Positions 1 to 12,620 of a DNA stretch of 64,000 nucleotides are shown one piece after another. The stretch's first letter is position 1, and every line of letters begins with the position of its first letter. The translations under genes and the position numbers were made by a program. Source of the DNA: Candidatus Latescibacterota bacterium (GTDB lineage: Bacteria; Krumholzibacteriota; Krumholzibacteriia; WVZY01). The stretch is taken from NCBI GenBank assembly GCA_963791045.1, contig CAWBQK010000010.1, positions 35,824 to 99,823 of the forward strand, given 5' to 3'. Under the pieces are notes generated by a model. That model ran no database searches. It saw only the letters and a list, made by a program, of their open reading frames with translations, and was not told the origin of the DNA.

Positions 1-1024
1 GGAACGCCCGCTGGATCATCTCCTGATCCTCCCTGACACGCTGCGCGGCAAGTTCTGCGCGTTGTTCATCGAGGGTCTGGCCGTATGTCGCCGAGAACGT
101 AACGGGGTGTGACGATCCCGCCGTTTCTCGGCTGACGAGCCCGTAATCGAATCCAAACCCGTGAGTCGTCACGCCAAGACCAAACGAGAAGTTGCTGTCA
201 TCGAGCCCGACGCGAAGCGCCACGTATTTGGAGAAAGCATACTCGGCACCCGCTCTCAACTTGCTGTCCGCCTTTTCGGGCATGTCGAGCTGGAACATCA
301 CACGAAGCGCCGAGCCATTGCCGAAACCGTGGGTGTACCCCGCGCCCGCCATGATCGTCCGCGGTGTTCGATCCGCCTCGGTGTTGAGCTTGTGTTCGGC
401 GCCGACGAGATCCTGGAAATTGAGCCCGATCGAGAATTTGTCGGCGAAATTCGGGATATACCTGAAACCGAGGTCGACGCCCGGTGACGTGCTCGAGAAC
501 GGGTCCACCTTCTGGTTCACGATCTTTATCGAGGTCCCCGTCGCAATCCGTCCGGCAAGCCACCTTGGAGACCGTTCAAAGGCGTACCCAACCATAACCT
601 GGGTTTCCGAGTATTCCCCCTCCCCCAACGGGCGGCTGAACGAATCGTAGCGGTCGAACGTGTTGGCGACCCGCATGAGTCCGATGCCAAAAGCGCCGGC
701 GTTCAACGTAGGGAAACTTGCGCCGAAGAACGTATACGTCGCCTCGGTGAAATCGCCGTAAAGCGGCATATACATAAAGCTGAGCTGCTTTGTCTGGACA
801 TTCCTGAGCGTCGCCGGGTTCCAGTAGAGCGCGCTGGCGTCGTCCGCCAGGGTTGAATAGGCCCTCCCCAGCGAGATACCGCGAGATCCGGCGCCAAGCG
901 AGAACACACTCTGGGTGCCGCCGTCGCCATCCGCGGCGAACGCATGGACGGGGATCAGAAGCACACACAAGAATAGCGCCGCATACTTAAGAACGTGCTT
1001 GCTGTCCTGATACGATTTGGTCAT
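1..1024 (-). CDS. PorV/PorQ-family (FadL-like) outer-membrane beta-barrel protein with helical C-terminal extension; runs off the left edge (3' partial)
   Basis: Not in the ORF track because there is no stop in the window. Manual translation from ATG 1024: MTKSYQDSKHVLKYAALFLCVLLIPVHAFAADGDGGTQSVFSLGAGSRGISLGRAYSTLADDASALYWNPATL...RAGAEYAFSKYVALRVGLDDSNFSFGLGV...FDYGL. It has a signal peptide and the GARxxxLG..A..ADDASAxYWNPA signature, then helical LDEQRAELAAQRVREDQE. Confidence 0.85.
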   Translation of the reverse strand, partial: MTKSYQDSKHVLKYAALFLCVLLIPVHAFAADGDGGTQSVFSLGAGSRGISLGRAYSTLADDASALYWNPATLRNVQTKQLSFMYMPLYGDFTEATYTFFGASFPTLNAGAFGIGLMRVANTFDRYDSFSRPLGEGEYSETQVMVGYAFERSPRWLAGRIATGTSIKIVNQKVDPFSSTSPGVDLGFRYIPNFADKFSIGLNFQDLVGAEHKLNTEADRTPRTIMAGAGYTHGFGNGSALRVMFQLDMPEKADSKLRAGAEYAFSKYVALRVGLDDSNFSFGLGVTTHGFGFDYGLVSRETAGSSHPVTFSATYGQTLDEQRAELAAQRVREDQEMIQRAF

Positions 1025-1038
1025 GCCGGTTGTCTTTC

Positions 1039-4000
1039 TCATTTCGCCACCGCCATTTTGATCCGCGTCGATTTCGAACCCGCATCGAGCTGGCAGATAT
1101 ACATTCCGTTCCGGACTACTTCGCCCTTCATGTTGCGGCCGTCCCAGGTAACCTCCTGGGGGCCCTCCCCGGTCCCCGGTTCACCCTGTGAAAATTGCTG
1201 CTCGTAGACGAGCGAACCCCGCAGGTCGTAGACCCTTATCGAGACGGGCCCGGCGCTGTCCATAATATAGGCGATCCGCGTCAACTCGGACCCCGCCTGG
1301 AACGGGTTGGGATAGTTGTGCGCGTACTCTTCGAACTCATTGCTCAGGATAACGAGCGGCTGAGAGCGGATGCGGCCGTTGATGAGTTGGCCGGTGTCCT
1401 TGTCGACCACGGCGATCGGCCGCCCAGAGTCATCTTCCTTGACGGCGATCGAGAACGGGCCGTGGAACGAAAGGACGATTTCATCGAGCTGGGCGTTGTC
1501 GGCGATGCTCACCGCGAAGACAAACGAGTCTGCGTCCGCCTGCTCGAGGATGATCCCGCCGGCGTCTATAATCATCGGGTTTTGCGTGATGACTCCGTCT
1601 ATTTGAGATGCAGGATCACCTCGCCGATAAACGTAGAATTCGCTCAGCGTCCGCGACGGCTCGTCGACTTCGCGCCCGTTCTTGTCGAGAACGGTCACAC
1701 GGAAAGTGTCGATCCGGACCCGTTCGGCACTATCGTCGAGGTTCGCCACCTCAACGGCCAACATGTCGATGTCGGATGTGCCTTTTGGCACCACCATCGC
1801 TTCAATTCCGATGTCGCTTGAGAAATCGTCCACGGTGACGGCGTTCGACTCGGTCTGGATCGCGATCGGAACGGGTGAGCTCGAAACAACCGCGGCGGAG
1901 CCGGTGTTCTCATCGTTGGGAATCGAATCCATCACTACGCGGATGAGTTCTAGCGAAGTGAACCTGATGGGTGCACGAACTTGCCACGTTACGGTTTGGC
2001 CAACCACAAATGGCTGCAATGCATCTCCCGATACAATCGTGTATTCGAATTCTGGGTCTAGATCCGGAAGTTCGATCCTAAGCCGCGCGCCGGCCGTATC
2101 CACCGCCGCCAGGCCGAGATTATCAACCCGCGCTTCGATATCAAACACAGTGCCAAACGCCACGCGACCATCTTTTGCCTCATCGGGACTCGTGATCGAT
2201 GCCGTGTACTCGAGACGCGCCTTCGTGACCGTCGTCACCGACAGCGTGTCGCTGAACGCCTCGATGTTCTCGCTCGAGTTCTGGTCGAAGCCGTCATACG
2301 TCACCAGGAATGAGACCTCACCGGGAGTCGCCGGCGCATCGATACGCCATTGCACAGCTTTTTCGCCACCATCGCCGTCACCCAGCGAACGGACGCTCGG
2401 ATCGATCACCTGGCCGACGGAGCCCGACAGGACCTCGAGTGTCGCCGTGATATCCGTCGTGGTCGCCTCGGCAAGCGTCCGTGCCTGAATCGTGTAACGC
2501 TGGTCGGTGCTCACCGAATCGTCCATTGCGCCGTCCGGTGAAATCACCTCAAAGACAAGCGGTGTAAAACCTGCCTGCTCGACAATCTCGAGGGTCACGG
2601 GCGCCGTTCCGGTGGTCACGACGGCCACGTCGCCGCTGTTTCTCTCAATCGGACTGTTTGTAATGTCGACTTCGAGAACCTGGTTCGTCGCGGGGAGTTC
2701 GGGCGCGCGGATGTCCCACTGAACCGGTGCGCCGACAACAAATGTCTGAGTCGCCGGTGATCCCGCGTCGATCGTGAACCCCACCGGCACCGTAAGCGTG
2801 AGGGTTCCCGAGTTGTCCACCAACGACTGTCCGTTATTCGTGACGAGCGCCGTAAGTGTGAACGGCTGCTCCGTGCTCAACGTCGTCGCGTCAGGCGGGA
2901 AAGTAACGCTTGCCGCCACGTTTAGATCGGCCGGCGTCTGAATGAGCATATCGATCCAGCCGTCGTTGCTCGTGTTGTCCGACACGTCCTTGTCCCCGTC
3001 GATATCGTACCCGACGAAGGTCCCGTCAATCCGAAGCGCGCCGGACGGTCCCGTCGTCGTGCCGGTCGACTCGACATTGAAGACGAGCGTATCAACCGCA
3101 CCAGACCGAAGCGAATCATCGCCGGATATCTGGAATACCGCCACATCGGGGATCGTGTACTCGGTCGTCACGTTGCCGGCACCCGAGACACTGATAGAGA
3201 GCTTCGTGAGATCGGGCTTGAGCTGGAGCGCCGCAGCACCGTCGTTACGGACTATCATGCGCACCTGCCAATCCCTCAGCTGCCCTGCAGTGACACTGTC
3301 CTGCGAGGCCAACATATCAACAATAACGACCGCACTCTCGGCGCCGATGGTGACCCGGTCGCCCGCGAGCGTAAAGGATTTTGAATAGTTGTTACCGTTC
3401 TCCGTGCCCACGATGTCAACGGTGACGGGGTAAACACCCTCTGTAAACGTGCTCGGGATCGGGACTTCCTCAAAGGACAGCGTGGTATCGGTTCCCGCGA
3501 GGATCGCGCCTACCTGAGACGCGTCTAGACGCGGTTGGATCGTCGTGACTCCGTCGGTGAACGAGAACTTCGTCCGGTCCGCGTCGAGCACCAGTGTCGC
3601 CGCGCCAACGATCTGGCTTACGTCGATTCTGAATGTGGCCGGCTCGCCGGCATTGACATTCTTGGGAAGCAGGGTGCCGGCGATATAGGTCGGATTGGGC
3701 TCGAGCTGGACCTCCACGCTCCCCGCCTGCTCAGCGGGCGTCACTGGTGTACTCTGGTTGAGCTCGGTTCCCTCGATGTGCGCGGTGAAGGGCTGATTGC
3801 CGAAGCCGTCGCTGAAATCCTGGGTTTGCGGGATCGTAAACGTAAGGATCGTCGACGCCCCACCGGCAAGCAACAGCGATCCCACAGGGCCCGTGACCCG
3901 CGCGGGAATGCCGTTCGCAAACTCGATATAGGTTCTCGCCGGATCGTTGCTCAGCTGCACCTCCGCGCCGCCGTCGTTTGTGACGCCGACGCTGATCGTC

Positions 4001-7000
4001 CAGTCGTTCTCCTGGAACTTCGTCACCGGGTCCTGCGACGGCGTGACGGACGTAATCCGGATATCCCCCGGTGTCTGAACCGTAACCTCGTCGCCCGAGA
4101 CCGGGCCGACCGTCTGTTCGTCATCGGGGCTGTTTGCATCCTCGGCCGTCACCTGTCCGCTGATGGTATAGGTGTCGGGCGCTCCCGTGTCGGTCACGTC
4201 GAAGACCAGGGTATCCAGCTCGTTCTCCTCGAGCTGCACACCACCGCCCTGAAGCGCGTTCCGCGGCGTCGCGTTCCATCCGGCATCAGCAGGATCGAAC
4301 GCCACCGACGCCGAACCCGGTAGTAAGAGATCGAGCGCCGCTTCGCCGCTGTTCCGGACCACCATCCGGATCTGCCAGCTGGTCTGTCCCTCGGTGACGG
4401 TAGGCCGGCCTGGCGTGATACCGACGATCTCGAGGACGCCGGGCAGCTCGACGAAGAGCGCCCCCATCCCACCGGTCGACGTGTCGACCGAGATGGGGTC
4501 GTTGTTCACGAGATTGGTCGCATCGAGGAAACCCTCGATCGTATAGGCACCCGCAAGAGGCAGTGAACTTCCATTCACCACGACGTCAAACGTGATGCTG
4601 CCGTTCGTGCCGCCCGCGAGGGTGTCCGAGCCTGAGTCGAAAACGCCCGGCGGCGTGAATATAAACCGGCCGGACTGGTTGACCCCCGCCCGGATGAACT
4701 CAATATCCGTGTCGTCGAGACGAATGTCCGCGCCGCCCCTGTTTTCGACGTTGAGCGTGACGGTGAAGGACGCCGATTGATTGTTCGTGATCGTGTCCTG
4801 CGAGGTTGTGGTTGACGCGATCGCGACATCCGTCGCTTCGAGAACCTCGATCGATTGGGCAGTCAACATGAACTCGCGCTTGAATCCGTTGTCCATGCCG
4901 ACCACGCGGACCCGCGGTATGTACGACGGACTGGCATCAGACGACACGAGGGTCGACTGGAAGGTCAGTGTTTCCGAACCCGCGCCGGGAATCGTCGTCT
5001 CACCGACCAACGGGGCATCGAACGATTGGCCGTCGAACCAGAAACGTGTCGAGTCGGGAATGAGAACGAGATCGGCGCCGCCGTTGTTTGTGGCGGTAAA
5101 CGAAAAGCTTACCGAGGTTTGGCGGCTCACATCGAGCGGCACCAGACCACCGCCGTATGTAATGTCGGCCGGCGTCTACGACGTCTCACCAGGTCATCGG
5201 GATCAACATCGGCCGTGTTCAGGACCGTCGGAGAACGACCCGCCGTTCTCGTACCCTCCAGGTGAATCTCAATCGGGATAGCTTCCCCCGTGAAAAGCCG
5301 TTGGCACAACCACATCGTCGAATACGATCGTCTGCTGGGCCCCTCCGCTGATCGCAACGGGCGCCGCCAAGAGCGCGGTATACACGTATGCCCGTGCCGT
5401 CGTTGAATGTGATGAAGCTCAACGTCTCGTCGAGCGTCACCGTGGCTTGCGCCGGTATTCTGAACGTCAAGAGAGAATCCATAACTGTCGTCCGCGCGTC
5501 ACGACAGGCGGATCGAGAGTGCTGCCGATATACGCGAGATCCGCGGCGCTTTCGATCGTCCAATTGCCGAGCGGATTGGGCGATACGTCATCGTCACTCA
5601 CCGGCGCGCCGTCGACAGTCCCCGACACGGCGGCGTTGATCGTGAACGTGCCGAGTTCGGATGTCGGTCGCACGGTCACGCTCAGGGGAATCGTGACCCT
5701 CTGCGGGGCCTGCGGGGTTCCGGGGGGAACCGAAACCGCTGGAGAAATGGTTTGTGAGACACCGTCGTACGCGCCGCCGGAGAACGTAAAGGACACAAAG
5801 TCGATGAGCGCCTCGACAGGGCCCTGGTTCTCGACGGTCACCCGGATGACTCCCGTCTGTCCGCGGCTTACCGGCGAGTCGGCGCTGATGCCCAGAATCT
5901 CGATCGCCGTCAGGCGGAGCGAATTGACCGGGAGTGAAACGCCCGCCTTGGCATAGTCGGACTCGTATTCGTCCCGTCCGACAAAATCGACGACGGGCGT
6001 GTACTGCCCCGGATCCATTGCGCTGCTGATCTGACTCGATGAAAACGTAAGAGTGTCCGTCTGCCCGTCAAGGACCCACGTCGCCGCCGTGAGGAACGCA
6101 GTGAAGGTCTCATTCCCGTCCGAAAACTTGAAAGCCGTTCCACCGAAAAGCCGCACATTGGTGGCGTTTTCGGTCTCGACATTAACGGTGAAGCCAACTG
6201 TCTGCCCGGCCTGCACAATCGATGGGGTCGGCCCGGAAACGACAGTGAGGTTCGGCACCGGCGCGAAGTACGACGTTGCCGTCGTCGTGGCCACGGGATT
6301 ATCGAACGCGGTGAGCGTCACAACCGCCGCCTGCACCGTCGTCTCCACTATCGCGCCCGACCGGAGTATGAGCGAGACCGTCCCGTCCGACGCGGTCGCC
6401 CGCTGGTGGCCCGGCGCGGGATCGACGTCGTCCGATTGAATCGTCCCTCGATCCGTCGAGACGGTAATGAGCGTGCCCGTGCTGACAATATTTCCGTAAG
6501 CATCCTGGATGGGGTCTGTCTGAATCGTGACCTCACTCGCGCCGTTCGCCGTGATCGTATCGGGCTCCGCCGACACAACGATGGCATCCGGTATCCCCGG
6601 CTCGATCGCAATGGGAACACTCGTTCCCGTCGCCCCACCGCCCTGGGTTTCCGCTTCGATTTGTATCGGTCCGACGGTCTCCCACGCGAGTGTTGTCGCC
6701 GCCTGTCCGCCGGCGAGCTGTATGGGGTTCGTGCCGAATCCCGTGATGGCTCCGCCCGGGAGGACGCGGAGATCAACAAAATTTGTCGCGGTCGTCACGA
6801 GATTGTCCTGAGCGTCGAGCGCCCGGACGGTAAATCCGAACGCGGTCCCCGCTTCTTCGGTTGTCACATCGGGAATAACTTCATAACTCGCAATGTCGCC
6901 GGCAATCGATGTCACGGTAAACGTCTTCGTCTCGAGCGCCGGTGGATTCCCGTCCTTGATGCTCGAACGCACGTTGTGCGCGCCGGCCTGGCCCGACACG

Positions 7001-10000
7001 GTTAAGTCCACGGTCGCGACACCGGACGAATTCGTGCTCGTGATCCCGCCGTCGGACAGCGATGCGGTTCCATCCGGAGCGAGTGTAATCGTGAATACGA
7101 CGGGTTCACCGGATACGGGATTCCCGTACTGGTCCGTGACCGTCACCGCGAGCGGCTGAACCTGCCCGACGGGGACCAACGTACTGTCTCCGGACGTGAT
7201 GGTTACCTCGTAGGCCGTTGCGGGCACAATCGTGATCGTTGTGCTTGTATCTGCCGGCTCTCCGCCGCCCGTACTCACAGTGAGGCCGGTCTGTTCGACA
7301 ACATCATCGCTTACCGATGTTGTAAACGCGCCGTTCGTTAGTTGTCCCGAGGGCGGGCTAAAAACGGGGTTCCCCGTCGTGCTTCCGAATACGACGGTGG
7401 TAGCGTCATCGTCGACGGGGTTGTTGTTTGTATCGTAGGCCTGAACGGTCACGTTGACCGATTCGCCGGCGGTCCACGTGGTCTTGTTCGGACTGAATGT
7501 GAAGAGATAATAAGAAATCGCCGTACTCGCCTGCGTGGTCACATCGAATTCGACCGCGTCGGTATAGGTGCCGTTGTCGAAGTTTGCGCGGACGCGGTTG
7601 AGACCAACGGTTGATCCCGTCGTGAGAACCGTCGAGACCAGGCCGTTTACGTCGCTCGTATCGGAGTCCGGCGCAACCGAGGCTCCGCCCGGATTCTGGA
7701 TGACCGAGAACGACACGGTCTGGCCCTGAACGTTGTTGTCGTAAATATCCCGTACTTCCGCCTCGAGAGGAGGCGTATCGTTTCCAGCAATGATTCCCGT
7801 AAGTGGATCCGTGATTCGCGAGAGATGGTGGGCAATATTGGGCGACACTGTGACGGTGCCGCTGTACCCCGGCGATCCCGGTGCGCCGGAGACGCGAACC
7901 TTCATCGTCCTCGCTTTGTTGTACGTTTCGCCGACGGCGGCCTGACCCGACATGAGCGTCGCGCTCCGAACCGTCAGCTGTTCTCCGGCGGGAAGCTCGG
8001 CCTGTGTCCCCGCGTCCACAGCGTCGAGATCAATCGCGCTGTTCGCCCCGAGAACAGTATTGCCGTACTGATCTTTCGCGGTGACATTCACAACGAACGG
8101 ATTACCGGCTACGACACTTACCACCGTGTTCACCACATACGTGGAGATGGTACCCGTATCGGTGATTTGAATCGTTTCATCGCCGGACCCAAGCACACTG
8201 CCGTCGTCCTCCGCCAAAAAGTCCCACGTGCCCGTAATAAATCCGCGCGCGTAGACGGTGACCTGTCCGCCGCTCAACACGAACTGCGTTGTCGGGGTTC
8301 CAAAATCCGAGGCGCTGAATACGAGACCGCTTCCCGATTCGGGGACGATGTTGACGGTACTCGTGTTGGCACCGTCAAGATTTCCCGTCCCGTCAACCGC
8401 CTCGACAAGAAACGAAAACGTCTGACCGGCGTTCTGGGGGTCGGGCGTCGGTCCCGTGATCCGCAGAAGCGTCGCCTGTCCAACAACACTCGTGAACGTG
8501 ACCGGGCTCACCGCGGCGGTGGCCTGATCGCCAAAGGCATCGATCGTATCTGACTGACCCGCGGTGGCCGGCGCCTCATAGAGCACCGATATCTGGCCAT
8601 TCGAATCGGTCAAACCGTTTTGGAGCGTAGGGCCGCCACTGGTCGGGTTGGTCGATCCGGGGTCGGATTTGAGAGAACCCTGGGCAATATCGGAAATAAA
8701 AATCGAGACCTGTTTGTTCGGAACCGCGTTTCCATACGTATCAACGAGCGTCGCCTCGACGGGCGGAGCATCCGTCTCGACGGTGACATTCTGGCTCGCG
8801 GGGGTGAGCGTGATCTGGGTTCCCGCCCCCGGCGTACCCGTCGCACCGAATAGCACATCGACGGCAGGCGAACCGGTCAAATAAGCGGTCGCCGTATTGG
8901 AGCCGGTCGTCGTGCCCAGTCGCCAATCCTGGCAGGTTGCTTCACCCAGAATGTTCGTCGTCGCCTCGTTCTCGACGGGGCCGCCCGAAATGACATCGAT
9001 TAAACCGCCGCCCGACACGACTTCAAACGTCACCGACGCGCCGTCGACGAGGTTGTCGTAGTCATCCTTGACACGGACGACGAGATCGTTCGCGACGAAC
9101 TGGTTGACCACGGCGGCTTGAGTGTTACCCGAGACGATTTCGATTTGCTTCTCCGGACCATTGTCGACGACGATGGACCCCGAATTGTCCGACACGGGAC
9201 CACTCTCCGCACCGAGCGTAATCGTCTCCTTTTTGAAGACCGTCACGTTCAAGACAGCGTTCCCGCCATCGAGCGGATCGAATGTGTAGAATTTGCCGCC
9301 GCCATCCAGTCCAATTGTCCCCGACCCCGAACCTTCGGACCAGTTCCCCTCCGTCCCCGTCGTCGTTGTCGACACGTAGACTTTTCCCGCGTAATCGGTA
9401 ATCACGTTTTCTTCCGCATCCCGGGCCTCGAGCGTCACCGGCTCGGGCGTTCCCGCCACGGCGTTCCCATCCACCGTCCACACAAACGTCGCCACCGCAC
9501 CCGGCGTAAAATCGATCTCGACCGTGCCGGTGATCGGCGTTCCGTCGATCGTCGCGCTTACAGTCCTCGGACCGGTCGTCGTGCTCGCGAGGCGGCCCGT
9601 CGTCGTCCCGTCGACGCCGGTCAGCGTGGTCGGCTGCGTGAGAATCGCGCCGTCACCCGGCGGGTTGATCGAAAGCACAACGAGCGCGCCTTCGATCAAG
9701 TTGTCGAATTCGTCTTTTGCCGTGATTGTGATGATGCTCTCGTCGGAGCCGTTCGCTTCGACCGAAAGCGGATTGGCCGCAATCTCGCTCAAATCCGGGT
9801 CCGCCGCGCCCGCGATGAACGCAACCGTCGCGCTGTCCGCGATCTCCACACCGTTCGCCGTTGCTCCCACCTTGACCATCTCGGCCTTTGTGTTCCGTAC
9901 AATTCCCTGGGCCTGGCCCGTCGGATCCGTCGGAGCCGGCGGGTTCACGGGGAGCGCACTTCCCGTCACACCGAGCGACACGCTGGCGCCGGATACAGGG

Positions 10001-11365
10001 TTTCCGAATTCATCCCTCACGATCACGCTTACGGGGCTTTGATCAACGCCGTCCGCGACCGCTTCCGGATCGGTCGTCATGACCGTGGACATAGTCGAAT
10101 GGACGGAGGCCGCATCGACCATCACGGTCGTCGTGCCGCTCAAGCCCGGCAGGAGTCCGTCGTCGGTGAGCATGATCACGCGATGCGGCTCGTTCGCGTT
10201 CGTGTCCGTATTACGGTAGTCGATCACGGCGGTCTGGTCACCCGTATTCATCTGCAGAACCGCAACCGGGGTCGTGTGATCCGACGGAAGATAAAACTGA
10301 CCCGAGGAAGACTCTTCCGGAGCGGGCGAAATTTCGGAAGCGTCTGCGGTGGGGGATGACGACAACAGGACCTGGCGGTTCTGCGTCAGGTTCGTTGGAT
10401 TTCCATAGGCATCGACGACATCGATCGTGTAGGACAAAAATTGTCCCGCCGTGAATGTTGCGCCGTTGGGAGAAAGGATGAGTCTTGCCGGCGGCCCCGG
10501 AATTACCGACTGCATCTGGGTCGCGTCTCCCCAGGATTGACCATTCGCTGAAGCGGTCAGGACGGGAGAACCCGGGATCGTATCCGCATAGAAAAACGAC
10601 ACACCCGAAACCCCTGCCGGCATCAAAACACTGGTGATCGGCGCGCCTTCGCTCGTCGCGGCAAAAGAACCTGTTCCCGATGTCGACGAGAGGTCGATCC
10701 ACTGACCGCTCGCCATTTCGCTCACGTTTCCATACACATCGCGGGCTTCAACGTAGATCGGTCCGCCCTCGCCGGTTGTCGCAAACACAAAGGCCGTGCT
10801 TGTAAACACGAGTTCGACGGCCGGCCCGCCTTTGAGATTGATCGTCGGCATATCGTTAATCGGAGACACCGCGACGCCCGTCGGGTCGCTTTCCACAACA
10901 AACGCGACCGCTGGATTTGCCGCCGTTGGCGGGGTAACGCGTGCACCCGGATTGGCGCCGCCACTGTCGTCGCCATAGACGATGGTGATAAGTTTGGGTT
11001 CGGGAAGGTCGTCGATGCCGATTGTCAAAATCTGCCCGGAAACCGACGGAGTCAATACGGCGCCGTGATCGCTGCTGACGGTGACATAACCCGTTGAGGC
11101 GGGGTTTGTGACCTGTGGTGGCGCCCAACCGGCGGGAAACGTTACGGCAATGGTCCCGTTCGTGAAGTTATCGTCGGGATCATAAACAATCGTCCACGTC
11201 CCCGGCGTGATCAACAACGCCCGAGTCCGGCGTTATTGTCGCATCGCCGCTCCCGGGCCCGATCAATCCCGCGATCGCGGGCGCCGTGTTGCCGAGGAGA
11301 AAGAATGCAAAGGGGATAAGTATCAACAAACCGCGTAGTGGTCTAATAGCACGCAATTGAATCAC
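1039..11365 (-). CDS. Giant (~3400 aa) secreted Ig-like/invasin (Big-1-like) repeat surface protein with C-terminal FlgD-Ig/T9SS-like sorting domain; interrupted by several frameshifts
   Basis: The signal peptide (GTG 11365, IQLRAIRPLRGLLILIPFAFFLLGNTAPAIA) joins ORF 5467..11217 via a 1-nt shift near 11212. That ORF links to ORF 1039..5142 through an indel-rich patch at ~5150-5500. Recurrent VxDxYGNxV Big-1-like motifs; C-terminus HNYPNPF...IRVYDLRG...WDGRNMKGEVVRNGMYICQL...KMAVAK. Confidence 0.8.
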
Positions 11366-11410
11366 CGTATTGGTTACAGGCCTTCGATTCCAATTACAAA
11401 TCGGATGGAG

Positions 11411-11419
11411 ATTATAGCA
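11411..11419 (-). promoter_or_regulatory. Putative extended -10 promoter (TGcTATAAT) for the giant adhesin gene
   Basis: Minus strand reads GTGCTATAAT about 45 nt upstream of the GTG start; no good -35 at 17 nt. Confidence 0.4.
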
Positions 11420-11778
11420 CGAACCCGTCAACAAGCTGCAAAATGCGTGCCTTAGTTCCGGGTGGGCGCCGAGCAGGACTTTCTCGCGCAAAATCAACGG
11501 GTTCCGTCGCCGATCGACCCCGATTTTGCACGATCGGGCCGTTTATCCGGGTGTAATCCCCCAACCGATAGCGAAATTGCAATGAAAACGGGAAGTTAGA
11601 CCCACCGGGGCCCCCTGGATCGGGCAAACCCGACCCGCGGGCTAGCATAACCCTAACCTATTGGCAAAAAATATTTTACGCTGGAATTATTCTTGCGGAT
11701 TCTGTCAGCCGGAACCCCATCCCTGAGATAGCCGGACGAGAAACAATCCCGTGACGCGTAACATGTTGATATATAATA

Positions 11779-12162
11779 CTATCGAGGCCGAACCCGAACG
11801 ACCGAGTTTTCCCCGGAGAAACCGTCTTCGACCGTCTCCGGATTGCTCGGATCCGATGTCCATTCGGTGCCGTTCACAACGAATTTGTACTCGTAGACCC
11901 CTGGGGGGAGGTTGTAGTACAACGTCCATTGTCCATCGCCATTCTCGTCGACCATCGGGTCGGCGGTTGGTGACCAGTTGTTGAAATCGCCGACGATATA
12001 GACCTTTTTTGCATCCTGGTCGAAATACCGGAAAATCACTCCGTCCTCGACGATTTCAGGGCCCGCACCAATGCCCCCACCTTTCGAGCCGCCGAAGCAA
12101 CCGGCGAGCGCAAAAGACAGGAATACAACGCCAAACACCAATCTCGTATGTTTAATACTCAT
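11779..12162 (-). CDS. Lipoprotein with CBM48/AMPK-beta-like glycogen-binding domain
   Basis: Start MSIKHTRLVF at 12162; lipobox LAGC; domain AKKVYIVGDFNNW...GQWTLYYNLPPGVYEYKFVVNGTEWTSDPSNP...DGFSGENSVV. Confidence 0.85.
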   Translation of the reverse strand: MSIKHTRLVFGVVFLSFALAGCFGGSKGGGIGAGPEIVEDGVIFRYFDQDAKKVYIVGDFNNWSPTADPMVDENGDGQWTLYYNLPPGVYEYKFVVNGTEWTSDPSNPETVEDGFSGENSVVRVRPR

Positions 12163-12169
12163 AAGTAGT

Positions 12170-12610
12170 TTACCGGATTTCCAGCCGGTCGCTGTCGGAG
12201 TACAAAATGACCTGCGAACACGTGCCTGTCGGGCCACCGGATACCTCTTCAGGCACCCCCGGATCAAGATGCCACGTGTTTTCGTCCACCCAAAACAAAT
12301 ATTTGTACCGCCCTGCCGGCAACGCAACGGATATTTCCCAGATACCGTCGCTATCCTCATCCTTCATCAAACCGATATTGGCCTCCCCGGCGCTGCCGTC
12401 TCCTCTCGCCCAGTTATTCTCGGGCCAGTTACCGGCGAGCTGAACCCTTCGCGCCGACGGAGAGTAGAACCGGAATACGATTTCACCCTCCTTGACGGCG
12501 GGTCCCGCGCTCAGACTTCGGGGGGCGATATATCCGCAACCGGCCATCGTGCAGATCAGCACGGCGGCGATGATCAAACCTGTTATTGCCCGTATACGGA
12601 GCATCATCAT
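12170..12610 (-). CDS. Lipoprotein with CBM48/AMPK-beta-like glycogen-binding domain
   Basis: Lipobox MAGC; ARRVQLAGNWPENNW...DGIWEISVALPAGRYKYLFWVDENTWHLDP. Confidence 0.85.
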   Translation of the reverse strand: MMMLRIRAITGLIIAAVLICTMAGCGYIAPRSLSAGPAVKEGEIVFRFYSPSARRVQLAGNWPENNWARGDGSAGEANIGLMKDEDSDGIWEISVALPAGRYKYLFWVDENTWHLDPGVPEEVSGGPTGTCSQVILYSDSDRLEIR

Positions 12611-12620
12611 TCGGATTGTC

